Assembly (NCBI GenBank): GCA_000182565.2 | Contig: KQ257452.1 | Direction: 5' to 3' (one strand) | DNA length: 64,000 nucleotides | Origin: Spizellomyces punctatus DAOM BR117 | Taxonomy: Eukaryota | In this document: positions 61,786 to 64,000 of the stretch, piece after piece | How positions within the stretch are numbered: position 1 is the first letter of the stretch | Layout of the letters: each line of letters begins with the position of its first letter | The notes under the pieces: model-generated | The model's database searches: none | Told to the model about the DNA's origin: nothing | What the model saw: only the letters and a program-made list of their open reading frames with translations | Program-made: the position numbers and the translations under genes

Positions 61786-62861
61786 ATGTCCGCAAAACTC
61801 GACACGACAAAGCGCATCACCTTCATTGGTAGATAATGAATGTATGACCATCTTGGGAGAGCATGCTCCAACATTTCTTTTATAGGTGGTGGTAACATGG
61901 CAAACGCCATTATCGGCGGCTTGCTAGCCAACGGATATCCCCCAACAAACATCATTGTATCCGAGCCTTTCGAAGCTTCACGCGAAAAACTCCAATCCAC
62001 TTTTGGAGTATTAACGACCACTGACAATGCCGCTGCAGTGGCATTCTCTCAAGACCCAAAAAATGTTACAACACCGGCAGATTTGGTCATGCTGGCCGTG
62101 AAACCCCAGATAATGAGGGATGTCGCCCAAGGAATTGCCCACGCGGTGCAAAAGCACAAGCCTGTTGTGGTCACCATTGCGGCAGGAATAACGCTGAAGG
62201 ATTTAGCAAAGTGGTTGAGCTCGGACGCGCAGGGTAACGACATATCAGGCGCTCGATCACCCGCTTTGGTGCGAGTCATGCCCAATACGCCAGCACTGGT
62301 GTTGGAGGGCGCTACTGGTCTGTTTGCAAGCAGCGAGGTGACAGAGGAGCAAAAGACATTGGCATTCAATGTCTTGGGGGCAGTTTCTAAAAGTGCTTTC
62401 TGGGTGGAGCGAGAGGAGCTATTGGACGTTGTCACTGGATTGTCAGGTAAGCAGCCTAATATGGAAGCGTTCTCCATTAATGACCGTAACCCTATCGCAC
62501 TTTAGGATCTGGACCGGCATATTTCTTTCTAATGGTTGAATGTCTTGCAGCTGCGGCAACGGAGCTGGGTTTGCCATCTGAGGTTGCACAAGGTCTAGCA
62601 AGACAGACGTGTCTTGGTGCAGGCAGAATGCTAGTGGACACTGCTGAAGACCCGGCAGAACTACGGAGAAAGGTGACTTCTCCCAACGGTACAACGCATG
62701 CCGCCATTCAATCGCTAGAGGCAAGTGGAATGCGGCAAGCTTTCAAAGATGCCGTTGTCGCTGCCACTAAGCGGGGGGAGGAATTGGGAAAGATGTTCAG
62801 TCAGGTAGGACCTCCATCGCCTTTTCCGGTCATCGTCGATGCTAACAAAACCTTGTAGTAG
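61786..62861 (+). CDS. PRO3: Pyrroline-5-carboxylate reductase
   Basis: ITFIG|GGNMA, LAVKPQ, VRVMPNTPALV, DVVTGLSGSGPAY, LRRKVTSPNGTT. The 3' end depends on splicing (see findings). Confidence 0.96.
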
Positions 62862-64000
62862 CCAACGGTTAGCGGACCAAAATTGTAATCTGTTTGATGC
62901 GTTCATAGATCCGTAACTGCTCCAAAATATATACTCTGTGCGTTTGAGTATAAACCACACAAGGAAGCCGTGTGGAAGCTGTGGGATATGATATTCACAA
63001 AATATCGCCCTTTTCTCCTACACGTTGCCGTATTTACACCATTGACCCAGCTACCATATTACGGTCTTGCACCATGACCAATCTGACTAGTACATTAAAA
63101 ATCGCTCGTTCACAATTGCCGCCGACTTGTTACAGAATGGTTCGACTTTCGGCTGTTCACATCAACGTAATGGTACACGACAATCAATCCAAACACCAGA
63201 GCGCCGAGAAAGTTCACTCCTGCCGCTAGTTGATCGTCTGTTATCATGGCCAATACAATACGTAGCCTAAAAAGGGACTGCTCAATACGGCGAAAGACAA
63301 GATGACTTGGTTCTGGTCACTGCACGCGGGCCAGATGCCTCCGTTGCTCACCTTCCACACAACAACTAGAGTATTAGGCAAAAGTAACGTATCAGACAAT
63401 GTATCTTGCAGCGTCCGGCTGGCTACAAAGGGCAGAGTCGTGACGATCAAAAAGAGGATGGAAATGCGCGAGCGGTGAGTTTGCCCGCGTCCGCCAACTT
63501 GGGAGCCAAGCATCACGTGATTTCGAGGCTTGGATGGAGGTCCCTCGTCAGCCTCCCCGTCCCAGCATCGGATGGTGAATACACAGATCTATCACCGATT
63601 GTGCCCCATGATATTACATTTGCGGGTGACATTGAGGCGACCGCAGTGTGACAGAATTTACGGTCCTACTTACCACTTTCTTACCTTCATCTTCCTCGGC
63701 GCACTGCAAAGAGAGCTTCGGTATTGACTTTTGGATACAGGGAGATGGGGGACGAGGAGGAGGCTCCACGAAAGGGCGTGGGGAGCCTGGCAAAGTTTTT
63801 TGAATCCCAAATGCCCACTACTGACACATTATCGGCGGACCGAGGTCATAACAGTCATCACATACTACCAGGCTCCAATGTGGGCAGCAGACGCGTATCG
63901 ACTGTGGGGCGATTCACAACCTCTTCAGTACCAAAAAGGACATCAATCTACGAGCGCTCTGGAGTTTCGCCACCGATTGAGCGATCAATAGGGGGTTGGC

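Overview
Eukaryotic, gene-dense, intron-rich fungal DNA with short GT-AG introns (mostly ~50-80 nt) and CTRAC-type branch points. Intraflagellar-transport (IFT54), transition-zone (meckelin/TMEM67), ZSWIM2 and SCAR/WAVE genes sit beside fungal genes (MDM10, ATP10, GON7, HIS3), which points to a zoosporic fungus (chytrid, Spizellomyces-like; inferred from gene content only). About 28 protein-coding genes can be assembled by eye: an ABCG transporter (truncated at the left edge), PEX12, SWI/SNF BAF60, NOP53, SPT2, PDH kinase, mitochondrial folate/FAD carrier, GON7-like, COG8, CLF1, DCAF4-like, HIS3, ZSWIM2, IFT54, TMEM67, a DHHC palmitoyltransferase, RanBP3/Yrb2-like, ATP10, MDM10, NAD(P)HX epimerase, STK19-like, a 4x cNMP-binding/F-box/LRR protein, SCAR/WAVE, SERINC/TMS1, MRPL6, RRP4, PRO3 and one hypothetical. 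I recognised no tRNA, rRNA, CRISPR array or intact transposon. Best leads: (1) a putative cyclic-nucleotide-gated SCF receptor head-to-head with SCAR/WAVE; (2) a tandem TAG-TAG splice acceptor in PRO3 that toggles between an immediate stop and a PTS1-like -PKL tail; (3) a recurrent RFX X-box plus TGA(C/G)TCA composite element in housekeeping promoters, with no canonical X-box in the IFT54/TMEM67 promoter; (4) a ciliary mini-cluster; (5) an unexplained, probably decayed, membrane-protein locus at 47.2-48.8 kb. Gene spans include introns and were assembled by hand, so some starts and exon edges are approximate. All family assignments come from motif recognition, not database searches.
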